Translations under genes and position numbers: made by a program
Shown: positions 1-12,582 of the stretch, piece after piece
How the letters are laid out: each line of letters begins with the position of its first letter
Numbering within the stretch: the stretch's first letter is position 1
From: Macrostomum lignano
Taxonomy: Eukaryota
Direction of reading: 5' to 3'
NCBI GenBank assembly: GCA_002269645.1
Contig: NIVC01003819.1
Location: 11,348-75,347, forward strand
DNA: 64,000 bases
The notes under the pieces: generated by a model
Told to the model about the DNA's origin: nothing
Database searches by the model: none
The model's input: only the letters and a program-made list of their open reading frames with translations

Positions 1-270
1 GCGCCCTCGGCTTTCATTTTGGCGCCCTCGGCTTTCATTTTGGCGCCCTCGGCTTTCATTTTGGCGCCCTCGGCTTTCATTTTGGCGCCCTCGGCTTTCA
101 TTTTGGCGCTCTCAGCTTTCATTTTGGCGCCCTCGGCTTTCATTTTGGCGCTCTCAGCTTTCATTTTGGCGCTCTCAGCTTTCATTTTGGCGCTCTCAGC
201 TTTCATTTTGGCGCTCTCAGCTTTCATTTTGGCGCTCTCAGCTTTCATTTTGGCGCTCTCAGCTTCCATT
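1..270. repeat. 21-bp minisatellite (TTTCATTTTGGCGCYCTCRGC)
   Basis: About 12 tandem units in an ACO1 intron. Confidence 0.9.
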
Positions 271-373
271 TCGGGGCCATTTTGGCTTTCATTTAGAAAA
301 AAAGACGAAAAAGAATCTTTCTTTCTCGCGAGAAATTACTCACGTAGTCTAAATGCATTATTTATCACTACAG

Positions 374-3300
374 GTGTCGCAGGCAGACGTAGAAAAGGTG
401 GCTTCCTGGTCGCCAGCCGCCGCCGATGCTGTGGAGGTGCCCTTCAAGCCGGCCAGAGTGCTGCTGCAGGACTTTACCGGAGTGCCGGCTGTTGTCGATT
501 TCGCCGCGATGCGCGACGCCGTAAAATCGCTTGGCGGCGATCCGCAAAAGATTAATCCGCAATGCCCAGCTGACTTGGTTATCGACCATTCTATTCAGGT
601 ACGGTGAAACAGAAAAATGAGTTATAGATTAGAAATAAAAACACGAATTAGAAGATGAAAAAAAGAGCTTTTGCGATGAAACACGAAATAATCGATGAGA
701 GTCAAACTGGGGGCGATAAGAAACAATAAATAATCAATAAGAGAGAGAGCTGGAGCGATAAAAACACGAAATAATCGATACTAGAGAGAGCTGAAGCGAT
801 AAAAACACGAAATAATCGATAAAGGAGAGAGAGCTGGAGCGATAAAAACACGAAATAATTGATGCTAGAGAGAGCTGAAACGATAAAAAACAATCAATGA
901 TCTATAAGAGAGACAGCTAAAGCAATAAAAAAAACAAAAATAATCGATAAGAGAGAGAGCTGGAGCAAAAAACACGAAATAATGACACCAGAGAGAGCTG
1001 GAGCGATAAAAAACACGAAATAATCGATAAGAGAGAGAGCTGGAGCAAAAAACACGAAATAATGACACCATAGAGAGCTGGAGCGATAAAAAACACGAAA
1101 TAATCGATACTAGAGAGAGCTGGAGCGATAAAAACACGAAATAATCGATACTAGAGAGAGCTGGAGCGATAAAAACACGAAATAATCGATAAAGAAGAGA
1201 AAGCTGGAGCGATAAAAACACGAAATAATCGATAAAGGAGAGAGAGCTGGAGCGATAAAAACACGAAATAATTGGAGTGAGAACTGAAAGAACAGTAGTA
1301 AGCTGACAAGAAATGTACTTTAACTAAATCTAATAGTATTGTTTTTCAATTTCGCAGGTTGATTTCAACCGAACCACCGAAGCTCTGGAGCGCAACCAGG
1401 CCCTGGAGTTTGAGCGCAATCAGGAGCGCTTCCGTTTCTTGAAATGGGGCTCCAAAGCTTTTCGCAATTTGCTAATTGTACCTCCAGGATGCGGCATTGT
1501 GCACCAGATCAATCTGGAGTACCTGGCTCGCCTGGTTTTCACCGACCAATCGGTTCTGTTCCCGGATTCGTTGGTGGGCACTGACTCGCACACGACCATG
1601 ATTAATGGTCTCGGCGTGCTGGGATGGGGAGTTGGCGGTATCGAGGCTGAGGCCTGCATGCTGGGACAGTCCATGTCGCTGCTACTGCCGGAGGTTGTTG
1701 GATACAAGTGAGCAAGCGTAATTAATAGCGTGAATTAGAATCCAGGTTAATTAGAATCGAGGTGAATTGGAATCCAAGTGAATTAGAATCGAGGTGAATT
1801 GAAATCCAGGTGAATTAGAACCCAGGTGAATTTGAATCCAGGTGAATTGGAATCCAGGTAAATTAGAATCGAGGTGAATTAGAATCCAGGTGAGTTGGAA
1901 TCCAGGTGAATTGGAATCCAGGTGAATTTGAATCCAAGTGAATTGGAATCCAAGTGAAGTAGAATCCAGGTGAATTGGAATCCAGGTGAATTAGAATCGA
2001 GGTGAATTAGAATCCAGGTGAATTGGAATCCAGGTGAATTGGAATCCAGGTGAATTAGAATCGAGGTGAATTGGAATCCAGGTGAATTAGAATCCAGGTG
2101 AATTGGAATCCAGGTGAATTGGAATCCAGGTGAATTAGAATCGAGGTGAATTGGAATCCAGGTGAATTAGAATCCAAGTGAATTGGAATCCAAGTGAAGT
2201 AGAATCCAGGTGAATTGGAATCCAGGTGAATTGGAATCCAGGTGAATTGGAATCCAAGTGAATTGGAATCCAAGTGAAGTAGAATCCAAGTGAATTGGAA
2301 TCCAAGTGAAGTAGAATCCAGGTGAATTGGAATCCAGGTGAATTGGAATCCAGGTGAATTGGAATCCAAGTGAATTGGAATCCAAGTGAAGTAGAATCCA
2401 GGTGAATTAGAATCTGGGTGAATTTTTATCCTGAAAATCCAGGTGAGGTATGCTGGGAATCCAGGTGAAGTATCCTGGGAATCCAGGTGAGGTATCCTGG
2501 AAATCCAGGTGAGTTAGCTTCAAGATCCGTGCAAAGTATAACATAATAGCCAAATAACAAATTCGAAACTGAACTCCAGACTCACCGGCACCTTGTCGTC
2601 TTTGGCCACCTCTACTGACCTGGTACTGACCATCACCAGCCATCTTCGCCGTCTAAACGTCGTAGGAAAATTTGTCGAATTTTTTGGCCCTGGCACGGGC
2701 AGCCTTGGCATCGCCGACCGGGCTACCATCGCCAACATGTGCCCGGAGTACGGCGCCACCTGCGGCTTCTTCCCAGTTGATGGAGCCTCGTTGGCCTACC
2801 TGCGACAGACCGGCCGGAGCGAGGAGACTCTGGCGCTGGTTGAAGCTTACCTGCGCGCTAATCATCTGTTTAGGAACTATGCGGATGCTGAACAGGTAGG
2901 TAACAGGTAGGTAGGTGGGTTAGGAGTGATTAAGATTTTTGATTAGATTCTTGAGTCGACTGCTTAGATTTCTTGCAAGAGAAGAAAGCTAAATATTTTC
3001 AAGGTCACTTTATAGAGTTTCTTATCGTCTTCATGGTCATTGTAGTTAAAACCCTCTGTCTTCATGGTCAATGCAGTTTAAACCCTCTCTGTCTTCATGG
3101 TCATTGTAGTTAAAACCCTCTGTCTTCATGGTCATTGTAGTTAAAACCCTCTGTCTTCATGGTCATTGTAGTTTGAACCCTCTGTCTTCATGGTCAATGC
3201 AGAATTTAAACCCTCTGTCTTCATGGTCATTGCAGAATTTAAACCCTCTGTCTTCATGGTCAATGCAGAATTTAAACCCTCTGTCTTCATGGTCATTGCA

Positions 3301-6300
3301 GAATTTAAACCCTCTGTCTTCATGGTCATTACAGAGTTTAAACCATCTGTCTTCATGGTCATTACAGAGTTTAAATCCCCTTCATGGTTAACCAAACGCT
3401 AATGACAGCTAGTTTGAAATCATCGTTTAAAAGCTCAGTTATTATACTTATTAATCACTATTTTACAACAATTGCCGACCTCACCGCAGGATCCCCAATT
3501 CAGCCAGGTGGTTGAGCTCGACTTAGGCCAGGTGGTCCCCTGTCTGGCCGGTCCAAAGCGGCCGCACGACAAAGTTGCCGTGTCGGACATGAAGTCGGCA
3601 TTCGAATCCGCCCTGACCGCCAAAGTCGGCTTCAGCGGCTACGGTCTGTCAGCTGAGCGAGTCAGTGGCAGCGCCAGGTTCCAATTCGACGGAACGGAAT
3701 ACTCGTTGACTCACGGAGACGTGGTCATCGCGGCGATCACGTCGTGCACCAACACCAGCAATCCATCTGTGATGCTAGGCGCCGGACTGCTAGCTAAGAA
3801 GGCTGTAGAGGCCGGGCTCGCGGTGAAACCGTTCTGCAAGACCAGCCTGTCACCCGGGTCCGGCGTTGTCACTTTCTATCTGGAGCGAAGCGGCCTGACG
3901 CCATATCTGGAGAAGCTGGGATTCTCCATCGTGGGATTCGGCTGCATGACCTGCATCGGCAACAGCGGACAACTGGACTCGAGCGTTGGAGAGGCCATCG
4001 AATCGGCTGATTTGGTTGTGGCCGGAGTTCTGTCTGGAAATCGCAACTTCGAAGGCCGAATTCACCCGCTGACGAGAGCCAATTACCTGGCCAGCCCACC
4101 GCTAGTGATTGCATACGCTCTGGCTGGCACTGTGCGAATTGACTTTGCTACTCAGGTGAGAGAGTATAGTTATACACGATGATTTGTCAGGTATAAAACT
4201 TTGACTGAATTTGCCAGTCATTGTAGTCATCTCGTAGAATGCCAGTCGTTTGAGTATAACAAACTACTTATTGACTTCTAGCCACTCGGTAAAAACGCCA
4301 AAGGCGAGGATGTCTACCTTCGCGATATCTGGCCTAGTCGAGACGAAGTGGACGAATTGGAGCGTCGCTACCTGTTGCCGTCAATGTTTAAAGAAGTCTA
4401 CAATAAAATTGCCGACGGCACTCCGCGGTGGAACGCCTTGGAGACGCCCAGCTGCGATCTGTACCCGTGGGATGAGGCGTCTACCTACATCAGAAGCCCG
4501 CCATTCTTTTCTGGCATGACTAAGGAGCTGCCGCCTGTTCAAGACATCAAGGATGCCCGGGTGCTGCTGAATTTGGGTGAGTTCGAGATCCGAGATAAGA
4601 ACCATACGGAATTGCTAAAGTTCCAGGAGGAGGAGGCCAACTCAGCAGTAAGCGCACCCGACTCTTGAGCTACAACCTCTGGTTCGATGTCAATAAGGGT
4701 TGTCGTGCCATGCACACCAATGTAGCACAGAGTGTGCAAACCCGAAATGTCACAATGTCGAAATACACAGGAGAGATAAGAGATATTTCGACGTTGTGAA
4801 ATTTCGGGCTTGAGAAGTCTCCTACCTCTCCAGTGTATTTCGACATTGTGAAATTTCGGGCTTGAGAAGTCTCCTACCTCTCCAGTGTATTTCGACATTG
4901 TGAAATTTCGGGCTTGAGGAGGCTCCTACCTCTCCAGTGTATTTCGACATTGTGAAATTTCGGGCTTGAGAAGTCTCCTACCTCTCCAGTGTATTTCGAC
5001 ATTGTGAAATTTCGGGCTTGAGGAGGCTCCTACCTCTCCAGTGTATTTTGACATTGTGAAATTTCGGGCTTGAGGAGGCTCCTACCTCTCCAGTGTATTT
5101 CGACATTGTGAAATTTCGGGTTTGCAAAATTTTGAGTTTGTAAAATTTCGGTATTATGAAATGGGCTGCATAGATTTTCTACGATATGAAATTTCGGGTT
5201 TGTGGAAAAACCACCCCCACCCTGAAATATGAAATCTCTATACTGCTACACTGTTGCCACTACTTAATGACAACGGCTTTCATTCAAATTAGAGTAGGTC
5301 ATTGTTAAGGCTCGTTAAGTCCAATATGTGATGTCCACAACTAGATTATATGATATTTTTATGACATGATACTTTTCTCAAAAGATTTCCTCGACACTTG
5401 AGGAATTTTTGTTTGACAATTTTGTAAAGGCTATTTTGACGCATCGTTTGTTTGAACAACTACACAAATGCTCGTAGCTATACGCCTTTACTTGTCTAGT
5501 CCAGTTAATTTTACTCGTATTATGCTATAGTGAAGCTTGATAGATAAAGATAAGATAAGAAAAATTACCCCCTTGTTTTGTTATAATAGTTGACGGCATT
5601 TAAAATCGAAAGAAACAAATGTGTGGCGCTCAAAACGAGAACTTGCGTACACACACGCACACTAGAACTGAATGTACACTCTAGACTAAAACTTCTGTAA
5701 CAGTGTAACCCCCAGAGGGCAAGTTAGGAATGGAAATTTCCAGGTCCAATGTACGCTCTCTAGCAATGTACATTCTGTTGCGTTTACATTTCTCTATAAG
5801 GGAAGGCATTGAAAATTTAGATATAGCTATACTAAGCAGAAAGAAGAAACAGAGCCACACACAACAATCCAAAAGACAAGGAGCAAGGATCACTCGTCGT
5901 GCTTCTAAATCTGAAGCGACATCCAGTTATTTTACCGCCAAATAAAATTTAAAAGTGCTTCAATGAAATCCGAGGCAGACTGCTGGTTAGAGGCGTGCAT
6001 ATCAAAATCTCTTGGCCTCAAACAGGCTGCTATCAGCCTCGGAGTCGAGACTTTCGGAGTTGATGGCCAACTTAGCTATCGACGCAGGGTCACCGTTGAT
6101 AATCAAAACGGTAGCAAGGATGAGAAGTCACTGAGGCTTTACGCTAAGTACACCAGCACCAGTAGGAGCGATATGGAGCGATACTACCAAGAGATGAGCT
6201 ACGCTGTCAGTAAACAGGAGTGCACTTTTTATGGCTTCTTGCTGCCTGTACTGCAGCGAGCGGTGAATGGCAGCAGGCTGTGCCTGGCTGTGCCGCGGTG

Positions 6301-7766
6301 TCACCTGCACTCCGTCAGCAACAGCGGCACTTTATTGCTGATGGACGATCTGCTAGCTCAGGGCTTTTCACCGGCCAGCGCCACTCTGTCTGTGGAGCAG
6401 CTCTCCGCTGTAGTTGAAGGCTTCGGCCGTCTACAAGCGGCCTATTGGCTGGCCCGTCAGCAGTTGAACTTCGAGCTTGACAAGCACGTGTTCGCCGGAG
6501 GCGGCACCCCATTTGCCAATCCGCTCAGCGAGTCCGGCCTAGAGATGTCCACTATTGTTGGCAACGTGCCAAAACTGCTCGACGAACTGAAAAAGTTGCC
6601 GAGCGTCTCCGAAGCTGATGTTGAACTGTTAAGCGCCTATTTAAACAAAGAGGATGGATTTATGCAGATCTGCGAGACTAAACTGCTTGCCGACTTGACT
6701 GACTGGCCTAGTTTGGGCCTAGTTCACGGCGACCTCTGGTACCCCAACCTGATGCTGCGCCCTTCATCATCATCACCCGACAGCACTTACGAAGCGCGCA
6801 TTTTAGACTGGCAGTTTTGCGGTTTCGGCAAGCTAGGCCGCGATTTCGGCACTCTGTTGCTGACCAGCGCCGACTCTCGGGTGCTCACGGACGCTGGCCG
6901 GAGCTTTGAGCAGCTGATCGACCGGTTCTACGACTCATTCGCTGGCGAGTTTGTTGCCGGCGCCCTGGAGTCGACGGAGCCGCCCGTGTCCAAGTCGGCA
7001 GTTCGAGACAACTGCCTGGAGTCCTTGCACGGTGCCGTTCTCTGGCTGCTGTGGGATCCGCGACCAGATGTGGTGCTCGGTTGCCATGCCAACCTGTTGG
7101 CTATGCTTCGGAACCTGCCAATGGGCGATTTTTAATGACACTCTGTGCGCGTCTGCTATGACTCGAGTGGTCTCGTATCAATATTTATTAATTTCCTAGG
7201 CAGAATCAATTCCATTAGTTTGCTTGAAGGCTTGTGTAATAAGGAATAATGGCGGCAATATATATATATTAAATTTATAAATAGCAGCAAATATTCGACT
7301 TGAGCATTTTCGTCCTTTTTTATTACAAATTTTGAAAACCACTTATAATGCAAGCTGGAAGCGCTGTGATTTTATCTTCGTGGACAAAACGTTAAAAATG
7401 CAATAGCTACCTGTATATACAGAATTTTAAAGGCATTTACATGTACATGTAATTCAGTTCCTCATAATTTCGTTAATGTGAAGGCGGAGACTGGTTTTTG
7501 TGCGCAGAGGTTCGTACAAGTTAATGGACTTGGTTTTTTATGAAAAAATGCTACACATAACAAACAAAACTACGAAACTAGTTAGTTAGTTAGTTTGCCA
7601 GTCAGTTAGTTAGTTAGCTAGTTAGTTAGTTTGCCAGTCACTTAGTTAGCTAGTTAGCTAGTTAGCTAGTTAGTTAGTTTGCCAGTCAGTTAGTTAGTTA
7701 GCTAGTTAGTTAGTTTGCCAGTCACTTAGTTAGCTAGTTAGCTAGTTAGTTAGTTTGCCAGTTAGC

Positions 7767-7800
<34 letters not shown>

Positions 7801-7803
7801 ATC

Positions 7804-7848
<45 letters not shown>

Positions 7849-7947
7849 GCCAGTCAGTCAGTTAGTTAGCTAGTTAGTTAGTTTGCCAGTCACTTAGTTA
7901 GCTAGTTAGTTAATTAGTTAGTTAGTAAGTTAGTTAGTTAGTTAATC

Positions 7948-8001
<54 letters not shown>

Positions 8002-8026
8002 CTAGCTAGTTAGTTAATTAGTTAGC

Positions 8027-8072
<46 letters not shown>

Positions 8073-11000
8073 GCCAGTCAGTTAGTTAGTTAGTTAGTGA
8101 GTTAGTTAGTTAGTTAGTCAGTCAGTCAGTCAGTCAGTCAGTCAGTCAGTCAGTCAGTCAGTCAGTCAGTCAGTCAGTCAGTCAGTCAGGCAGGCAGGCA
8201 GGCAGTCCCCTGCTACAGGTACATGTATATTAAGCAACTGTCAATTACCCCCATGCAGGCGACTCGGTGACCACCGATCACATCAGCCCGGCTGGCAACA
8301 TCGCCCGAAACAGCCCGGCGGCTCAGTACCTCACCAGCCGCGGCATTCAGCCTGCCCAGTTCAACTCCTACGGCTCTCGCCGCGGCAACGATCAAATCAT
8401 GGCCCGCGGCACCTTCGCCAATATTCGCCTGGTTAACCGACTGGTGGCCAACCCGGGCCCGAGGACTCTGCACCTGCCTGGCGGCGAAGAGATGAGCATC
8501 TTCGATGCGGCTGAACGATATCGACAGGCTGGGTCGCCTGTGGTGATTCTTGCCGGGAAGGAGTACGGATCGGGTGAGTCAGCGACCGTTGGAGTAGAGT
8601 AGGGTCTGCTTTTAGCTGCCAGAAAAGGGCTTACATATTAATTAAGAAAAGACGCAGGGAGAAGCAGACAAGTAGGCAGAGGCAGGGAGAAGCAAGGAGA
8701 GGACGAGGGAGAGAGAAGTAGGGAGAGGCAGAGAGAAGCAGGGAGAGGCAGAGAGAAGCAGGGAGAGGCAGAGAGAAGCAGGGAGAGGCAGAGAGAAGCA
8801 GGGAGAGGCAGAGAGCAGCACAGAGAGGCAGAGAGAAGTAGGGAGGCAGAGAGAAGTAGGGAGGCAGAGAGAAGCAGGGAGAGGCAGAGAGCAGCAGGGA
8901 GAGGCAGAGAAGCAGGGAGGCAGAGAGAAGCAGGGAGAGGCAGAGAGCAACAGGGAGAGGCAGAGAAGCAGGGAGGCAGAGAGAAGTAGGGAGGCAGAGA
9001 GAAGCAGGGAGAGGCAGAGAGCAGCAGAGAGCAGCAGGGAGAGGCAGAGAGCAGCAGGGAGAGGCAGATAGCAGCAGGGAGAGGCAGAGAAGCAGCAGGG
9101 AGAGGCAGAGAGCAGCAGAGAGCAGCAGGGAGAGGCAGAGAGCAGCACAGAGAGGCAGAGAGAAGTAGGGAGGCAGAGAGAAGTAGGGAGGCAGAGAGAA
9201 GCAGGGAGAGGCAGAGAGCAGCAGGGAGAGGCAGAGAAGCAGGGAGGCAGAGAGAAGCAGGGAGAGGCAGAGAGCAACAGGGAGAGGCAGAGAAGTAGGG
9301 AGGCAGAGAGAAGTAGGGAGGCAGAGAGAAGCAGGGAGAGGCAGAGAGCAGCAGAGAGCAGCAGGGAGAGGCAGAGAGCAGCAGGGAGAGGCAGATAGCA
9401 GCAGGGAGAGGCAGAGAAGCAGCAGGGAGAGGCAGAGAGCAGCAGAGAGCAGCAGGGAGAGGCAGAGAGCAGCAGGGAGAGGCAGAGAGCAGCAGGGAGA
9501 GGCAGAGAGCAGCAGGGAGAGGCAGAGAGCAGCAGGGAGAGGCAGAGAGCAGCAGGGAGAGGCAGAGAAGTCAGGAAAGGCAGAGAGAAGCAGGGAGAGG
9601 CAGAGAGCAGCAGGGAGAGGCAGAGAAGCAGGGAGGCAGAGAGAAGCAGGGAGAGGCAGAGAGCAGCAGGGAGAGGCAGAGAGCAGCAGAGAGAGGCAGA
9701 GAGCAGCAGGGAGAGGCAGAGAGCAGCAGGGAGAGGCAGAGAGCAGCAGGGAGAGGCAGAGAGCAGCAGGGAGAGGCAGAGAGCAGCAGAGAGCAGCAGG
9801 GAGAGGCAGAGAGCAGCAGGGAGAGGCAGAGAGCAGCAGGGAGAGGCAGAGAAGCAGGGAGGCAGAGAGAAGCAGGGAGAGGCAGAGAGCAGCAGGGAGA
9901 GGCAGAGAGCAGCAGAGAGGCAGAGAGCAGCAGGGAGAGGCAGAGAGCAGCAGGGAGAGGCAGAGAGCAGCAGGGAGAGGCAGAGAGCAGCAGGGAGAGG
10001 CAGAGAGCAGCAGAGAGCAGCAGGGAGAGGCAGAGAGCAGCAGGGAGAGGCAGAGAGCAGCAGGGAGAGGCAGAGAAGCAGGGAGGCAGAGAGAAGCAGG
10101 GAGAGGCAGAGAGCAGCAGGGAGAGGCAGAGAGCAGCAGAGAGGCAGAGAGCAGCAGGGAGAGGCAGAGAGCAGCAGGGAGAGGCAGAGAAGCAGGGAGG
10201 CAGAGAGAAGCAGGGAGAGGCAGAGAGCAGCAGGGAGAGGCAGAGAGCAGCAGAGAGAGGCAGAGAAGTCAGGAAAGGCAGAGAGAAGCAGGGAGAGGCA
10301 GAGAAGCAGAGAGAAGCAGGGAGAGGCAGAGAAGCTGAGAGAAGCAGGGAGAGGCAGAGAGCAGCACAGAGAGGCAGAGAGAAGCAGAGAGAGGCAGAGA
10401 GAAGCAGAGAGAGGCAGAGAGAAGCAGAGAGAGGCAGGGAGAAGCAGGGAGAGGCAGAGAGCAGCAGAGAGAGGCAGAGAGAAGCAGAGAGAGGCAGAGA
10501 GAAGCAGAGAGAGGCAGAGAGAAGCAGGGAGAGGCAGAGAGCAGCAGAGAGAGGCAGAGAGCAGCAGAGAGAGGCAGAGAGCAGCAGGGAGAGGCAGAGA
10601 AGTCAGGAAAGGCAGAGAGAAGCAGGGAGAGGCAGAGAAGCAGAGAGAAGCAGGGAGAGGCAGAGAAGCTGAGAGAAGCAGGGAGAGGCAGAGAGCAGCA
10701 GAGAGAGGCAGAGAGCAGCAGGGAGAGGCAGAGAGAAGTAGGGAGGCAGAGAGAAGCAGGGAGAGGCAGAGAGCAGCAGAGAGCAGCAGAGAGCAGCAGG
10801 GAGAGGCAGAGAGCAGCAGGGAGAGGCAGAGAGCAGCAGGGAGAGGCAGAGAGCAGTAGGGAGAGGCAGAGAGAAGTAGGGAGGCAGAGAGAGGCAGAGA
10901 GAGGCAGAGAGCAGCAGGGAGAGGCAGAGAAGTCAGGAAAGGCAGGGAGCAGTGGTAGCAAGAGAATCAATAGAAAGAGTTGAGTCGAGGAGACATGGCG

Positions 11001-11417
11001 CCTCAGTGCCAAGAAGCCAAAGCCGCAGCCGCGCGGACATTTTAATCATCAAATTTATGTGAACTGATCGCAGGCTCATCCAGAGACTGGGCCGCCAAGG
11101 GCCCCTGGATGCTGGGAGTCCGGGCCGTGCTGGCCCAGAGCTACGAGCGGATCCACCGCTCCAACTTGGCCGGCATGGGCATCCTGCCGCTGCAGTTTCT
11201 GCCCGGCCAGTCGGCTGAGTCGCTGGGACTTACCGGACGCGAGCTGATCAGCGTGTCCGGGCTGTCCGGGGACAGCCTGAAGCCCGGCTGCCTGCTGAAG
11301 GTGAGCACCGACTCCGGGCTGGAGTTCCAAGTGAAATGCCGGTTCGACACGGAAGTGGAACTGGAGTACTATCGCCATGGCGGCATACTGCAGTACATGA
11401 TCAGGAAGCTCATCTAG
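374..11417 (+). CDS. ACO1: Cytosolic aconitase / iron regulatory protein 1, 5'-partial (about 836 aa in window, 7 exons)
   Basis: Exons 374-598, 1358-1707, 2580-2895, 3490-4155, 4282-4576, 8259-8573, 11074-11417, all GT-AG and phase-consistent. Motifs [17 protein letters not shown]|[25 protein letters not shown] (three Fe-S cysteines), [16 protein letters not shown]|SSRDWAAKG and C-terminal [12 protein letters not shown] match the AcnA/IRP1 type. About the first 55 aa lie upstream of the window. Confidence 0.95.
690..1275. repeat. ~40-bp minisatellite (GAGAGAGCTGGAGCGATAAAAACACGAAATAATCGAT..)
   Basis: Tandem degenerate units in an ACO1 intron. Confidence 0.85.
1730..2500. repeat. 15-bp minisatellite (GAATTGGAATCCAGGT-like)
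   Basis: About 45 units in an ACO1 intron. Confidence 0.9.
3025..3385. repeat. ~33-bp minisatellite (AAACCCTCTGTCTTCATGGTCATTGCAGAATTT)
   Basis: About 10 tandem units. Confidence 0.9.
4785..5125. repeat. ~51-bp minisatellite
   Basis: About 6 units containing GACATTGTGAAATTTCGGGCTTGAG..CCTACCTCTCCAGTGTATTTC. Confidence 0.9.
5963..7135 (+). CDS. EcKinase-like / choline-kinase-like (APH superfamily) phosphotransferase, 390 aa, intronless, nested in an ACO1 intron
   Basis: Long GC-rich ORF with Brenner motif [17 protein letters not shown] metal-binding motif, [11 protein letters not shown] and an N-lobe Lys (LYAKY). Lies wholly inside ACO1 intron 4577-8258. Confidence 0.8.
   Translation: MKSEADCWLEACISKSLGLKQAAISLGVETFGVDGQLSYRRRVTVDNQNGSKDEKSLRLYAKYTSTSRSDMERYYQEMSYAVSKQECTFYGFLLPVLQRAVNGSRLCLAVPRCHLHSVSNSGTLLLMDDLLAQGFSPASATLSVEQLSAVVEGFGRLQAAYWLARQQLNFELDKHVFAGGGTPFANPLSESGLEMSTIVGNVPKLLDELKKLPSVSEADVELLSAYLNKEDGFMQICETKLLADLTDWPSLGLVHGDLWYPNLMLRPSSSSPDSTYEARILDWQFCGFGKLGRDFGTLLLTSADSRVLTDAGRSFEQLIDRFYDSFAGEFVAGALESTEPPVSKSAVRDNCLESLHGAVLWLLWDPRPDVVLGCHANLLAMLRNLPMGDF
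7578..8205. repeat. Compound microsatellite (TAGT)n-(CAGT)n-(CAGG)n
   Basis: Seen directly. Confidence 0.95.
8650..10950. repeat. Purine-rich ~20-bp minisatellite (GGGAGAGGCAGAGAGCAGCA)
   Basis: Fills most of the last ACO1 intron. Confidence 0.95.
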
Positions 11418-11641
11418 GTTCTCTAGAATTGTCCGTGATTCAACTTCAAAGAACATGTTTGCAATGATTTAGCCTTGATTTAACTTCTGATGACAATTAC
11501 CTGTTCCCCGATTCTGAATTTCTAAGATTAGGAAGTAAACATAAATTAGGTTTATTTATTAGTGTAATAATTTCAATATAGACGAGTTTATTAGTTATCG
11601 GATTGTCGTAGTTCGGTAAAATTACTACGCTTTTTAATTAT

Positions 11642-12474
11642 TGTCATGAATGTGTTATGACAGTGTGCTCTTTGCTAAGTTGCTGCACCGGGCCAGTGGG
11701 CCGTCCTCTCCCCCTCCCCCCTCCTTAGATATTTTCTGACTCACTCACCTGCACTTCTGCGCGTGCGTACCCCTCCCCTCCCTGCCTAGACCTTTTCTGT
11801 TGAGTCAACCCCCCATGCTCTGCGTGCGACCCCCCCCTGTGCGACCCCGCCCCATTATTTTGTTAGCTTTGCTGCCCCGCCCCTGTTTGTGATTGGCTGC
11901 CAGTCCCAGTCTGCCGTGCTGCGCCCCGGCGATTGGCTGGTACAGCTCATGCGTTGCCTTGGCTGATGTCTAAGCCCCCTTTTCTGCCTTTATCCCGCGC
12001 CCTCGACCCCCAGTTTGCTGCCTATTTATTCGGCCCCCCTGAGACCCCATTCTCGTCGTCTTTGTGGCTCCTCGGCGATTGTGCCAGCGTTGGTTGCTGA
12101 ATTACTATTCCTCGCAGAATTGCTAGACAAATATATAAGTAAAGAATATCGAGATCACCACTGCTCTGACGGCGCTGTTTCTTGTACGACTGAAATCGCG
12201 GCTGGTAAGCCTTCCAATTTGCACGTCATTTGGGTCTGCATCTGTACTAGGCACCTTAGAGGGATTAACTGCGTCGTACGCCGGTCCCACCCCAAGCAGC
12301 TCTGCGTCGTACGCGAGTCTGTAGGCTGTCGTGCGTCGTACGCTCGAGCAGCCTAGTCCCGACGGACACCGCGTCGTACGCGTGTCAGTGGAGGACCGCA
12401 GCCAGGGTCAGTACACGAACCCGGGTCTGGGAAAGGGGCACGAAAGGACCGAGCCCTTGAGCCCCATCATCACA
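11642..12474 (+). repeat. 5' LTR (833 bp)
   Basis: Starts TGTCATGAAT, ends CATCATCACA. Two ATTGG (reverse CCAAT) motifs near 11890 and 11932, TATATAA at 12132-12138. Differs from the 3' LTR only by three poly-C length differences and one C/T change that I could see. Confidence 0.95.
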
Positions 12475-12477
12475 AAT

Positions 12478-12494
12478 TGGCATCCTTGGTGGGA
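12478..12494 (+). promoter_or_regulatory. Primer-binding site (tRNA 3' end complement)
   Basis: TGGCATCCTTGGTGGGA begins 3 nt after the 5' LTR; TGG pairs with tRNA CCA. The primer tRNA is not identified (G discriminator). Confidence 0.8.
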
Positions 12495-12582
12495 CCCTGC
12501 GCTGTGGAAGACTAAGTAAGGAAGAAAGCTCGAGGCGCGGAATATTGTGAGAAATTAAGGTTGGAAACTGTGACGCCGTGGT

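Noticed and set aside
8642-11012. Leu/Ser/Cys-rich - strand ORFs resembling membrane proteins
   Set aside because: Antisense reading of the purine-rich repeat in the last ACO1 intron.
12015-12356. 113-aa ORF duplicated at 20816-21157
   Set aside because: Lies inside the LTRs with a TTG start; duplicated only because the LTRs are.
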